A stretch of 63,593 nt of DNA, filler included, from Octopus bimaculoides (lineage: Eukaryota): the NCBI RefSeq assembly GCF_001194135.2. It is 6 parts of 6 records of this genome, joined end to end, with 100 filler letters (N's around TTAATTAATTAA, not from the genome) between each part and the next. Parts side by side here need not be neighbours in the genome. Positions count along the whole stretch, not along the records: positions 23,163 to 51,203 come from NC_069003.1; 5 more parts are not named here. One strand, 5' to 3'. The position numbers were made by a program, and so were the translations under genes. The stretch's first letter is position 1; each line of letters opens with the position of its first letter. Below, one piece after another: positions 25,230 to 38,080 of this stretch. The notes under the pieces were generated by a model that did no database searches, was not told the DNA's origin, and saw only the letters and a list, made by a program, of their open reading frames with translations.

Positions 25230-25400
25230 CAGACGAGGACAGGTGGTGTAAATAACAAAAGTATATATTAGTATGACGCTCGGGAATACGGAAAGTCTTT
25301 GACGTTTCGAGCTACGCTCTTCAACAGAAATAATACGGAGACAAGGAGAAAAACACGGAGAAAAAAAATTGAATAGTGTTCAGTCAACGGTCAATCATAA
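25230..25400 (-). mobile_element. Hammerhead-bearing Penelope-type terminal repeat (family H3)
   Basis: Reverse complement TTT-CTGTTGA-A-GAGC-GTA-GCTC-GAAACGTC^AAAG at 25297-25331, next to (TA)n. Confidence 0.65.
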
Positions 25401-26670
25401 TAATATATATAGCCTGATAGACTCGGCTATGTCAAGATGTATTCTTCCTCACATTTGGATTTTTATGTATTCTCTCTCCCACTTGGATTTGAAATGTTGC
25501 CACATTTATAATATGTCTTTTCTACAGTAATTTTTTCTGCATTTTTCGTGCAGCTGAAGATTGCTCTTCATATTGCATTTAAGGTAATGCTCGCATTACT
25601 TAAATAAATTGAAGTAGCATGAAACGTGCGTACTGCAATCACCTTTGAAATCCGTGTTGNNNNNNNNNNNNNNNNNNNNNNNNNNNNNNNNNNNNNNNNN
25701 NNNNNNNNNNNNNNNNNNNNNNNNNNNNNNNNNNNNNNNNNNNNNNNNNNNNNNNNNNNNNNNNNNNNNNNNNNNNNNNNNNNNNNNNNNNNNNNNNNNN
25801 NNNNNNNNNNNNNNNNNNNNNNNNNNNNNNNNNNNNNNNNNNNNNNNNNNNNNNNNNNNNNNNNNNNNNNNNNNNNNNNNNNNNNNNNNNNNNNNNNNNN
25901 NNNNNNNNNNNNNNNNNNNNNNNNNNNNNNNNNNNNNNNNNNNNNNNNNNNNNNNNNNNNNNNNNNNNNNNNNNNNNNNNNNNNNNNNNNNNNNNNNNNN
26001 NNNNNNNNNNNNNNNNNNNNNNNNNNNNNNNNNNNNNNNNNNNNNNNNNNNNNNNNNNNNNNNNNNNNNNNNNNNNNNNNNNNNNNNNNNNNNNNNNNNN
26101 NNNNNNNNNNNNNNNNNNNNNNNNNNNNNNNNNNNNNNNNNNNNNNNNNNNNNNNNNNNNNNNNNNNNNNNNNNNNNNNNNNNNNNNNNNNNNNNNNNNN
26201 NNNNNNNNNNNNNNNNNNNNNNNNNNNNNNNNNNNNNNNNNNNNNNNNNNNNNNNNNNNNNNNNNNNNNNNNNNNNNNNNNNNNNNNNNNNNNNNNNNNN
26301 NNNNAAGGCTCACACCAACATGGCTTTGGTTCCAATGCCCCTTGCACAGCACGTTGGCCAAATCTCTTCTGCTACAGCCTCATAATGACCAAAGCTTTTA
26401 TGAGTGGTTTTGGTTGATGGAAACTGAAAGAAGCCTGTCATGTATATTTATACAATTGTAACATGACATGGACAACAACAAACGGGTTGTGGGGGGGGGG
26501 GTAAAAATAATCAATCCTTCATCAGCCATGTCATAATCTAGAACCGTAATAGTTTTGATGCTGGGAAATATTTGAGGGAGACTTCACTGCTCATTTCTAG
26601 CAGAATTCCTCGTTGTCTCATTTTCATTTTGGGTGGTTGGTTTATTGAGTTAAATATCATCTTAGTAGTG

Positions 26671-27040
26671 TCACTCATTTTAATCATCACTCATTTTAAT
26701 CATCACTCATTTTAATCATTACTCATTTTAATCATCCCTCATTTTAATCATCCCTCATTTTAATCATCACTCATTTTAATCATTACTCATTTTAATTGTT
26801 ACTCATTTTAATCATCCCTCATTTTAATCATCACTCATTTTAATCATCCCTCATTTTAATCATCCCTCATTTTAATCATCACTCATTTTAATCATCACTC
26901 ATTTTAATCATCGCTCATTTTAACCATCACTCATTTTAATCATCCCTCATTTTAATCATCACTCATTTTAATCATCACTCATTTTAATCATCGCTCATTT
27001 TAACCATCACTCATTTTAATCATCACTCATTTTAATCATC
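26671..27040. repeat. 16-bp minisatellite (TCACTCATTTTAATCA)n, ~23 copies
   Basis: Visible directly; variant units contain CCC or CGC in place of CAC. Confidence 0.95.
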
Positions 27041-27285
27041 AACTTCAAAAAATCAAATCCTTAATCTTTTTTTTTGCTAGTTTTTTTTTTTTTTGTGTGT
27101 GTATATGTCTGTCTGTGTGTTTTTTTTTGTTTTTTGTCTTTTAGTGCTGATGGGAAAAACTAAATCTTGTGATAGGAAAATATCACCATTTACATGTTTT
27201 GGTTGAAGGGAAAGTTAATGATTCTGTGAGGAATATAAAACATTGCTTGACCTTTCTGTAGCTTTTTAGATCTTTCAACCCTGAC

Positions 27286-27330
<45 letters not shown>

Positions 27331-29591
27331 ATGTATGTATATGTGCATACATGTGTGTGTGTGTGTGCATGTGTGTGTGTTTGTGTGTGTGTGTGTGTCT
27401 ATGTATATGTGTATGTATATGTGTGTGTGTGTGTGTGTGTCAGAGTGTGTTTGTGTGTGCATGTGCATGTATATGTGTGTGTGTATGTATGGGTGTGTGT
27501 GTATACGTGTGTCTGTTTGTGTCTATGTATGTGCATGTGTGTGTGAGTGTGTGTGTGTGTTCCTGTGAGGGATGGACGAAAGAAGAAGAGAAGGGAATAT
27601 TCTACAACACCCTTTCCTTACTAGTACTATTGTTAAATTAGGGGACATGTTTCTAGCATAACCTTAAAGGGGTCAGTAAGTAAAGATCACACACAAACTT
27701 CTACAGCGAAGGCAATGTTGTTGTTGTTTTTTTAATTGTTGATGGTGTTGTTGTTGTTGTTGATGTTAAGCATCAGATCAAAGACATTCTCAATATGACC
27801 ATCCCATCTTGTTTTTTTTGTTACATACAAGGAATTGAGGGTCACATTATCCAGTGTGCTTTTTAAGATGGAGAGGTGTGACTTGGGGGAGGTTTGGCTG
27901 TTATTTCTAGCATGTTGAAGCTACCTTCCTGTTTGCTCATATTGGTTGTGGCGTTTGTAATGCTGCTAACCATTTTGATGCTGATAAACCTGAGACCAGC
28001 CCCTAATCTGAGTAGAGTCAATCCCTTGTCCAAGTGGGGCTACAGCTGATTTCTTACACACACACACATGCACACACGCACGCACACACATACACACACA
28101 CACACACACACAACATACATGCTCATATACACACATACACATATTCCCCCACCCCACACACACATGCACATAGACATGCACAAGCACATGTTCACACACA
28201 CATGCACATACATGCACACACACACATGTACACGTACCCATGTACACAAAGGAGGAGGAGGAGGAGGAGGAGGAGGAGGAGGGGGAAAAGGTGGGAAGAA
28301 GGAAAAGGAGAAGAAGAAGAAGAAGAAGAAGAAGAANNNNNNNNNNNNNNNNNNNNNNNNNNNNNNNNNNNNNNNNNNNNNNNNNNNNNNNNNNNNNNNN
28401 NNNNNNNNNNNNNNNNNNNNNNNNNNNNNNNNNNNNNNNNNNNNNNNNNNNNNNNNNNNNNNNNNNNNNNNNNNNNNNNNNNNNNNNNNNNNNNNNNNNN
28501 NNNNNNNNNNNNNNNNNNNNNNNNNNNNNNNNNNNNNNNNNNNNNNNNNNNNNNNNNNNNNNNNNNNNNNNNNNNNNNNNNNNNNNNNNNNNNNNNNNNN
28601 NNNNNNNNNNNNNNNNNNNNNNNNNNNNNNNNNNNNNNNNNNNNNNNNNNNNNNNNNNNNNNNNNNNNNNNNNNNNNNNNNNNNNNNNNNNNNNNNNNNN
28701 NNNNNNNNNNNNNNNNNNNNNNNNNNNNNNNNNNNNNNNNNNNNNNNNNNNNNNNNNNNNNNNNNNNNNNNNNNNNNNNNNNNNNNNNNNNNNNNNNNNN
28801 NNNNNNNNNNNNNNNNNNNNNNNNNNNNNNNNNNNNNNNNNNNNNNNNNNNNNNNNNNNNNNNNNNNNNNNNNNNNNNNNNNNNNNNNNNNNNNNNNNNN
28901 NNNNNNNNNNNNNNNNNNNNNNNNNNNNNNNNNNNNNNNNNNNNNNNNNNNNNNNNNNNNNNNNNNNNNNNNNNNNNNNNNNNNNNNNNNNNNNNNNNNN
29001 NNNNNNNNNNNNNNNNNNNNNNNNNNNNNNNNNNNNNNNNNNNNNNNNNNNNNNNNNNNNNNNNNNNNNNNNNNNNNNNNNNNNNNNNNNNNNNNNNNNN
29101 NNNNNNNNNNNNNNNNNNNNNNNNNNNNNNNNNNNNNNNNNNNNNNNNNNNNNNNNNNNNNNNNNNNNNNNNNNNNNNNNNNNNNNNNNNNNNNNNNNNN
29201 NNNNNNNNNNNNNNNNNNNATCACTACAACCACCACCACCACCACCACCACCACCACAACTACCAACACTGTCACTTTCGCCAACCTAATTACTCCACCA
29301 CCTCACCACCATCACCAGTCCCAAACAAAACCAGAAAAATTCCATAAGCCTCTGAGGGAACCTCAAGGTGGTCGTTTGACCTGCTGGAAATAGAAGCCAG
29401 AATCTCCCTCAGAGCATACTAAACTATTTTTAGAAAATGGAACCATTAGATGATGTGATTCTAGATACGCTGTACTGTATTTGAAAAAAGACAAAAAAAA
29501 AAGACAGGATGGTCATGATTGGAATGTATTTATTCTGGTCATGTGTCTAATTAATCAGTGTTGACCCCAAGCTAAGCAACAACAAATCAGT

Positions 29592-29625
<34 letters not shown>

Positions 29626-29657
29626 AACAACAACAACAACAGCAACAACATTAGTTT

Positions 29658-29862
29658 ACATTATTTACAATTGACGGATATTTGTCCTCATCGTGTTTGT
29701 TGTGAACACCCCATTTCAGCTGATATACCCTTTCAGCCTTCTTCAGATGTCTTGGGGGAAATTTCGAACCTGGGTTCTCATTCCTAAGGTATTTTTCAAT
29801 GTTATTATTATTATTAACAACAAACAAGATGAGGACAAATATCCGTCAATTGTAAATAATGT
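29658..29862 (-). mobile_element. Mini Penelope-type element with 49-bp inverted repeats and a degenerate hammerhead (family H2)
   Basis: 29658-29706 versus 29814-29862 are inverted, 47/49 identical. Reverse complement GACAT-CTGAAGA-A-GGCTG...CAGCT-GAAATGGG^GTGTT at 29705-29751. Confidence 0.7.
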
Positions 29863-30124
29863 AAATAATGTGCATAATTTCTCATCTCTTAAATATATAG
29901 AACTGAACAACACAAAGCCTGAAATTTTAAGGGAGAGGGCTAATCAGTTACATTAACCCCCAATGTTCATCATCATCATGCACATATGGTTGTGATGTAT
30001 GTGGCTCTCATAATATGTACCTTTATCAGACGGGTAGTCATGGTGGGTATAATGGGCTTCATATATTTTACCCCAGTGTCACTTTGATGGCATGCACTGC
30101 TCTCTCACTCAATAATAATAATAA

Positions 30125-30346
30125 TAATAACAATCTTTTCTACTCTAGGCACAAGGCCTGAAATTTTGGGGAAGGAGCCAGTAGATTAGATCAACCCCAG
30201 TATGCAACTGGTACTTAATTTTATTGATCCCGAAAGGATGAAAGACACAGTCGACCACGGCAGAATTTGAACTCAGAACATAAAGACAGACGAAATACCG
30301 CTAAGCATTTTGTCTGGTGCGCTAACGATTCTGCCAGCTCACCGCC

Positions 30347-30407
<61 letters not shown>

Positions 30408-30440
30408 TGATGATGATGATGATGATGATGATGGTGATGG

Positions 30441-30486
<46 letters not shown>

Positions 30487-30930
30487 AATAATAATAATAA
30501 TAAGAAGAAGAAGAAGAAGAATGATAATAATGATAATAATAATAATCCTATCTACTAAGGGCACAAGGACTGAAGTTTTAGGTGGAGGACTAGTCAATTA
30601 TATTAACCCCAGTCCATAACTGGTACTTATTTCATCAAACCAAAAAGGATGAAAGGCGATTGGCAAAATATTGCTTTGCATTTTGCTTAACATGCTGACA
30701 ATTTTGCCATCTCACCGCCTTAATAATAATAATAATAATGATAATAATAATAATAATAATAATGATAATAATAATAATAATCCTTTCTACTATAGGCGCA
30801 AGGCTTGGTGTTTGTGAAGGGGGCGGTGAGAGTTGATCATATTGACCCCAGTGTATAATTGGTACTTATTTTATCGACCCCAAAAAGATGGAAAGCAAAA
30901 TTGACTTCCATAAGATTTGAACTGCTCTAA
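30125..30930 (-). mobile_element. Three head-to-tail copies of SINE family B separated by (AAT)n
   Basis: Repeated ...ctcagaac...gtcgac...gaaaggatgaaag...ccccagt units at ~30130, 30545 and 30780. Confidence 0.85.
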
Positions 30931-31464
30931 GTATTTTGTCACCACCACCACCACCATTACCACCAACAACACCACCACCATTGCTACCAATACCACCGCC
31001 ACCACCAGCACCAGCACCACCACCACCACCACCATCATCACCACCACTACCACCACACAAATTCCTTCTCGTTCATTCCTGCTCAGTGGAATTTGCTTAC
31101 AAACAAAACTGAAATATTTAAATAATTAGTCATGACTAATTAATTAATTATAAACAAAAATATGTCAATTTATTCTTGTTGCCATCATCGACATTGCTGT
31201 TGTTGTTGTTGTTGTTGTTGGTGTTGATGTCAATTGTTGCTTCCTGTTGATATTTCCAGCAGGGTGGCAGAAATAATAATACAATCCTCAAATAAAACTC
31301 TCTTTGTGGTAAGAAGCTTGCTTACCAACAACATAGTTCCGGGTTCAGTCCCACTGCGTGGCACCTGGGACAAGTGCCTTCTACTATAGTCTTGGGCCAA
31401 CCAAAACCCTTGGTAGATGGAAACTGAAAGAAGCACATCATATGTATATATATTCGAACATTAG

Positions 31465-32278
31465 GCCTCACTGAAGCAATGACTAATGGCTGAGACCTTT
31501 AGAAATATGCAGTGCATGAGAAGACCCAGCAAGCCAAGTGAGACCATAATCCGTGACCTCTGCCCAGAAGCGTAGCCAGCTCATTTATTCGTATTTTTAC
31601 TTCATTGGACACTAAACTCTGTTTGCGAAGACCTGTTGAGGCAAGTGAAATCGAAATCGAACCAAATTCGACAACTGGCACCCATGCCAACCTTTCCTTC
31701 ATTGGACACTAAACTCTGCTTGCGAAGACCTGTTGGGGCAAGTGAAATCGAAATCGTGATTGAACCATATTCGATGACTGGCACCTGTACCAATGNNNNN
31801 NNNNNAATTCGACAACTGGCACCCGTGCCAACCTTTCCTTCATTGGACACTAAACTCTGCTTGCGAAGACCTGTTGAGGCAAGTGAAATCGAAATCGAAC
31901 CAAATTCAACAACTGGCACCCGTGCCAACCTTTCCTTCATTGGACACTAAACTCTGCTTGCGAAGACCTGTTGGGGCAAGTGAAATCGAAATCGTGATTG
32001 AACCATATTCGATGACTGGCACCTGTACCAATGGAGCACTAACAGCACCGTCCGAGCGTGATCAGTGCCAGAGCAGCTGTCTGGCTTCTGTGCCAGTGAC
32101 ACGTAAATTGCACCATTCGAGCGGGATCGTCACCAGTGTTGCCTTACTGGCACCAGTCCTCAGTCAAATCAGCCAACCCGCGCTAGCATGGAAAGTGGAC
32201 GTTAAACGATGATGATGATGATGATNNNNNNNNNNATGGAAAGTGGACGTTAAACGATGATGATGATGATGATGATGA
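31465..32278 (+). mobile_element. Non-autonomous RTE-tail repeat with internal ~97-bp tandem units and (GAT)n tail
   Basis: cttcattggacactaaactctg starts at 31600, 31697, 31838 and 31935. Ends gcatggaaagtggacgttaaacgatgatgat. A related unit lies at ~59508-59610. Confidence 0.75.
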
Positions 32279-32624
32279 TATATAGTTGGAATTTACAGAA
32301 AGTAAACAAAAGACAAAAATGGGTGCATTAATTTAATTCTCAGGAAGTGAGAAAGTCTTTTACGTTCCAAGTCTACAAAACTACGTCAATTTATTCTTGC
32401 TGTTGTCATCAACATTGCTGCTGCTGCTGCTGCTGCTGCTGTTGTTGTTGTTGTTGTTGTTGTTGATGTCAATTGTTGCTTATATGTATTTTATTTAGCA
32501 TGCTGACAATTCTTCCACCTCGCCACCTTAATGATGATGATGGTGGTAGTGGTAGTGGTGTTAGTAATGATGACGATGATGATGATGATGATGATGCTGA
32601 TGTTGATGATGATGATGATAAATG

Positions 32625-33140
32625 CCCTGATGCAGTATCAGGCAGTGGCTCTCATGGCTTCAGATCTTAATTGATTGGAAGTGTTATCACGTACATTGTT
32701 TTGTGTTGGTATAGAAAGAAGGGCTACAGCAAATATTCTGCTTAATACCACAGATTTGCTTGTCAGTTGTTTGACCTTAACCATTTGAGCATGTCCCTTG
32801 GTGGCTTATGATTTGTGCATCTCTGATCATGAGCAGAAGTAGTGGGGAAAAATCACAGCCATGTGTTAAGAGGAATTCGTTGTGGTTTGGATAATTCACC
32901 TTTGGAAACATGGGTGTTTTGTTCATCATCCTTAAACATCCCTTATTCAGAGACATCCTGAGTGGGGTGGGTTACTCAAGCTTAAGAAAATTCTAACTGG
33001 GCCCCACCTGTAAGGTCATGTACTGTTTATCTTGATATGAGATCACCATGTCGTGCACATATGGTTGTGCCTGGTGTACCCTTATCAAACAAGTAGTCAT
33101 GTTGGGTATAATGGGCTTTGTATATTTTACCCCAGTCCTA
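32625..33140 (+). mobile_element. Interspersed repeat, probable retroelement 3' UTR (second partial copy at 29975-30110 ends in (AAT)n)
   Basis: The segment ...gggtataatgggctt(c/t)(a/g)tatattttaccccagt is shared between 33.1 kb and 30.05 kb. Confidence 0.55.
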
Positions 33141-33846
33141 TACAAGAATGATATTACTGTTGTTTAGCCCCAGGAAAAATCTTTTCTAGCTGGTTATCGA
33201 CACATAGTTTATGTCCATATATTGTAAGCACAAAGCCATACTTGCTCCTACATTCTCCCAAGAAAATTCATAACAACTGCATCCCACTTTTGAAGGACCT
33301 GATAATGCAGGAAAGAATGATCTGATACCCTTCATTATCATGTTGATATGAGCATCCATACTTTACAACACTGCCAACATTCCCTGACCTCCATTTGCAC
33401 AAAAACAGTTTGGTCATTTGACATTCTCATTTCCTGTCCTCTATAAATTTGTGTCTTTGGATATAAACAAAAAAATCAATATATTTAAAATACTATATTG
33501 ATCTCATGTTGTAATCTATATTTTTAAAACCAGCAACGCACACATATACATGCTCGGTTATATTTCAAGGCCTTTTTAGAATGTTTATGCATTTGTGAGT
33601 TAAATTTTTATAAAAACTTTGGTTTTTGTATAGAATGAATGGGTAGATAATAATTAGAAGCCTGATACATTGATTTTATCATCGTTAAGGAAAATATTTA
33701 GGATGGAGAGGAGATAGGAAGAGAGAAAGACAGACAAAGAAAGATAGGAAGAGAAAGATAGAGGCAGAAAGGGAAAGAGGGAGACAGATAGGGAGAGAGA
33801 AGCAGATAGAAAAAAGCTAATTAAGATTGAAGTAGATAAAGGAAGC

Positions 33847-33897
<51 letters not shown>

Positions 33898-34594
33898 GGA
33901 AGATGGAAAAGAGATAGAAAAGAGGAAACAGAAATATAGCAATGCATAGATAGATAGATAGATAGATAGATTGATAAATAGATAGACAACAAGACAGATA
34001 GATAGATAGATAGACATAGATAGTTGGAGGGATGGATGGATGAACAGACAGGTAGACAGACAGATAGATAGACAGATAGACAGACAGACAGACAGACAGA
34101 CAACTAGATAGACAGACAGACAAATAGATAGACAGACAGACAGACAGACAGAAAGACAGATAGGTGATAATATATAAGGAGTAGACAACTACCATATTTA
34201 TAATATCTTGGCTTAAGTCATTTCAATTTAAGTCATTCTTGATTATACATCAGTTTTCAAAAATAATACATGGAAAAATAAAAATCAAGTTAAGCCATTT
34301 TACTCAACATTACGTCTGTCCACCACAAATATTGGAATCTTAAAACCACTAGAAAACCATTAAAAGCACATAAAATCATGTTACTGTACAATAAATAAGA
34401 ATAAAATCATATAAAATCATATTAAAATACATAAAGTAAATGTTAAGATACACACCATAAAGTAGTCTAGCTTAGTGAACGAAATCATGGAATCAGCTAT
34501 GTTGTCTTATTTATCAGTCTTTCAAAGCTCATATTGCACTGTTTATCGGCTACTTTCTCATTCTCATTCGTTTGTGACTTTATGTTTTGCTCCC

Positions 34595-34790
34595 ATGGCT
34601 CCTAAGAAAATTCATAGTGAAAGTGTTAAGTGTCATGCTATAATGCTGGAAGATAAACTGGCTACGATAAAACGCCATGAAAATGGTGAAAAAGTGATAG
34701 CAATTGCACAATCTTTTGGGATGAGTCGGATAAATGTATCAATGATTGTACATAATAAGGACAAGATTTTAGCATATATCAAACCATGTA
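34595..34790 (+). pseudogene. pogo/Tigger transposase N-terminal helix-turn-helix remnant
   Basis: MAPKK...AIMLEDKLATIKRHENGEKVIAIAQSFGMSRINVSMIVHNKDKI matches the CENP-B/psq-type HTH pattern. Confidence 0.8.
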
Positions 34791-34937
34791 TTATTGAAAA
34801 TACATTCATAAATAAAGTACAGAACTGGAAATGGTTATTATCGGTTTAGCCTAGAGGCAAGTAAATTCGGTGTTTCCTGGAATTAATTAACAACGTAAGG
34901 TGAGGTATGCTGGTACATAGACGTATGCACATATATA

Positions 34938-35162
34938 TTCTTTTATTCTTTTGTTCTTTTATTCTTTTACTTGTTTCAGTCATTTGACTACGGCCATGCT
35001 GGAGCACCACCTTCAGTTGAACAGATCGACCCCCGGACTTATTCTTTGTAAGCCTAGTACTTATTCTATCAGTCTCCTTGGCCGAACCACTAAGTTACGG
35101 GGATGTAAACACACCAACATTGGTTGTCAAGTGATAGTGGGGGGACAAATACAGACACACAA

Positions 35163-35209
<47 letters not shown>

Positions 35210-35221
35210 CACACATACACA

Positions 35222-35252
<31 letters not shown>

Positions 35253-35422
35253 ACATCCACAATGGTCTTCTTTCAGTTTCCATCTACCAAATCCACTCAC
35301 AAGGCTTTGGTTGGCCCAAGGCTGTAGTAGAAGACACTTGCCGAAGGTGTCACACAGTGGGACTGAACCCGGAACCATGTGGTTAGGAAGCAAGCTTCTT
35401 ACCACACAGCCATGCCTCTGCC
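34938..35422 (-). mobile_element. Full-length SINE family A (tRNA head, CCTTGGGCAAG-type core, internal (TA)n(TG)n, (RTAAAAGA)n tail)
   Basis: Complete structure visible. Other copies or halves: 2594-2850(+), 6490-6652(-), 10976-11230(-), 12965-13147(+), 14236-14440(-), 17055-17160(-), 21548-21672(+), 22040-22200(+), 26305-26445(+), 31305-31445(+), 35982-36468(+), 41365-41545(+), 43660-43875(-), 47649-47872(-), 62628-62840(-). Confidence 0.9.
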
Positions 35423-36138
35423 TATATCCACACTGGAGAGAGAGAGAGAGAGAGAGAAAGACAGGCCCTTCCACTGCAAAATGTGGTGGGAGTCTTCATT
35501 TGTTGTTGATAATAATTTGAGGGAGAATCGACTGCTATTTTTATGAGGTCTTGCCTACAGCATAGAAAGAGGTCTCCCTCACTGGCTCAGTATTCTGCCT
35601 CATATAACTCATAGCTATGACATCAGATCGATTTCTCTTCTTGAAACAGCTGGTTAGCCTTTCTCTGGATCAATCAATATAGTAGATCTTGATGACCTGA
35701 CAAGGTGATCAATGATGACTTAGATGATACAATCAGCACCCCCACCCCCATCCCCTACCCAACCCTTCTCCTTCCCACCAGTGCAACCAGCCAGTAGTAA
35801 ATTGGTTTCATGTTTCTGACACAGGGCCAGCATGTTCAGGGGAGGGGGTAAGTCAATTACATCAACCCCAGTATTTAACTGGTATTTATTTTATCAATCC
35901 CAAAAGGTCGGAAAGCAAAGTTGACCCTGGCAGCATTTGAACTCAGGACGTAAAGTTGGAAGAAACATCACTGAGCATTTTGCAGGAGTGGCTGTGTGGT
36001 AAGTAGCTTGTTTATCAACCACATAGTTTTGGGTTCAGTCCCACTGCGTGGCACCTTGGGCAAGTGTCTTCTACTATAGCCTCAGGCCGACCAAAGCAAT
36101 GAGAGTGGATTTGGTAGACAGAAACTGAAAGAAGCCCG

Positions 36139-36236
<98 letters not shown>

Positions 36237-36705
36237 GTATGTATGTATTTGTTATTTGTGTCTGTGTTTGTCCCTCCACCATTGCTTCACAACTGCAGTG
36301 TGGTAAGAAGATTGCTTCCCAACCACATGGTTCCAGGTTCAGAAAAAATACCAGACTTAAAATGAAAATAAGTACTGAGGTCGATTCGTTCGACTAAAGA
36401 TTCTCTTCAAGGTGGTGCCCCAGCATGGCCACAGTCTAATGACTGAAACGAGCAAGAGGTAAAAGATAGTAGGAAGTTGATTTCATTAGTTTTTGCATTT
36501 TCACTGAGATATTTTTCCACCAACCACCAGACCAACCAACCAACCAGCCAACCAACCAGCCAACCAGCCAATCAACCAACCAGCCAGCCAGCCAGCCAAC
36601 AATCTGTGCATTCAAACTCCTGTGTGAGTCAGCCAGGAAGCTTGTATGTGGTCACTCAATAAGCTAGAAATAACAGTCAAATTTCCTTTAAATCACACCT
36701 TGTAG

Positions 36706-36913
36706 CAGTGGTTCTCAACCTTTTTAATATTCGAGCCAGACCTAAAACCTGTTCTGTTTTTTTGTTTTTTTTTATGGAACCACACCAAAAAGAGGATAAC
36801 ACAAGTCAATAGAGAAAAGTGTGTTATATTTGTAGAGAGAAGAGGGTCGGGAGCTGCCGGAAGGATGCTTGAGGGCTGCATGGGGCTCTGGGAGCCACTG
36901 CTGAGAACTGCTA
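36706..36913. mobile_element. hAT-type MITE (CAGTGGTTCTCAA-like termini)
   Basis: Left end cagtggttctcaacc and right end ctgagaactgcta (imperfect TIR). The 8-bp flanks ccttgtag and ctttataa match at 5/8. Confidence 0.55.
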
Positions 36914-36959
36914 CTTTATAATCTTAATGAGTACCTCAGAGTCTAATTGGAAGTTTATC

Positions 36960-37540
36960 ATTATCATCATCATTTAACATTCATTTTCCATTCTGGCATG
37001 GGTTGGATAGTTTGACAGGATCTGGCCAGGCTCCATGTCAGTTTTGGCAAGGTTTCTATGACTGGATGCCCTTCCTAATGCCAACCACTTTACAAAGTGT
37101 ACTGGGTGCTTTTACACAACACTGGCACGGGTGTTATTAAATGGCACCACTATGGGTACTTTCTACGTGGCACCAGCACCCATGAGCCTGCAAGATTAGG
37201 GTCACTCAGCTGAAGAGGGCTGCAGGGGACATGCTTGTATGCAAGGACAATCACGTATTTACTTGATGGGTCTCCTCAAGTACAGCAAACCCATTAAAAT
37301 CTCAGTCCCTTGTCATCCCCTCTGTCTGAAGATCCTTTCTCACCACTTCATCCCTCCACACTGAGGGATTGGCACTCCTTGATGCAGCTGTCTTCATCCA
37401 CATGCATTAAATGACCGTACCAGCACCGTCTTCTCTCTTCCACACTCGTCTTCCCAGTTTTTCTCTCAAATCACATACACTCTCTTGTACACACGCACAC
37501 CGTCCAGTGGCGTATGCTGGTTGCATTTCTTTGAAGCCTT
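36960..37540 (-). mobile_element. RTE-clade LINE 3' end (decayed RT C-terminus, 3' UTR, (GAT)n tail)
   Basis: catcatcatcatttaacattcattttccattctggcatgggttgg tail. The decayed coding segment resembles 49.8-50.3 kb. Confidence 0.7.
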
Positions 37541-37659
37541 CGCATGTCCTCAGCAGTCACAGCCCATTCCTCGCTGCCATGTAGCATAGCTGTTGTACAA
37601 TTTTCATACACAGTTTCATTGCCATATTATTTTATTATCTTTTTGTGTGTTTACACTGA

Positions 37660-37737
37660 AAAATTTTCCCACCCAACTATGGATAACAAACAAACAAACA
37701 TGACTGAAAACAATAGCTCTGCCTTCACTAAGGCAGA

Positions 37738-37742
<5 letters not shown>
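37660..37742 (-). mobile_element. Helentron-associated non-autonomous element (HINE), terminal fragment
   Basis: gaaaacaatagctctgccttcactaaggcagaggtaat hairpin plus (CAAA)n, homologous to 48410-48452. Confidence 0.6.
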
Positions 37743-37799
<57 letters not shown>

Positions 37800-37821
37800 T
37801 AATAATAATAATAATAATAAT

Positions 37822-38080
37822 ACAGAAACAATTCCTATCATAGTAGGTGCCTTAGGTATAATAAAAAAATATTCAGACAAATACATAACAAAAACACCAG
37901 GACTTACAAATATATATAACATACAGAAAATTGCACTACTGGGTACTGCACACATTCTACGCAAAACACTTTCAATACAGTAAACATAAGAGCACCACAG
38001 CAAACCACAGCACATACCCAAGGCGCACAGAGCTGCGCTCGGTAGTGAAGTGAAAGCACGTTATAAAAATAAAACTACTG
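37822..38080 (+). mobile_element. Short 5'-truncated R4/Dong-type element inside (AAT)n
   Basis: Intact frame TETIPIIVGALGIIKKYSDKYITKTPGLTNIYNIQKIALLGTAHILRKTLSIQ*, then a 3' UTR. (AAT)n lies on both sides. Confidence 0.88.

Noticed and set aside
32186-32278. Direct duplication of the atggaaagtggacgttaaacgatgatg tail
   Set aside because: The two copies flank a short N gap, so this is most likely an unmerged contig overlap.
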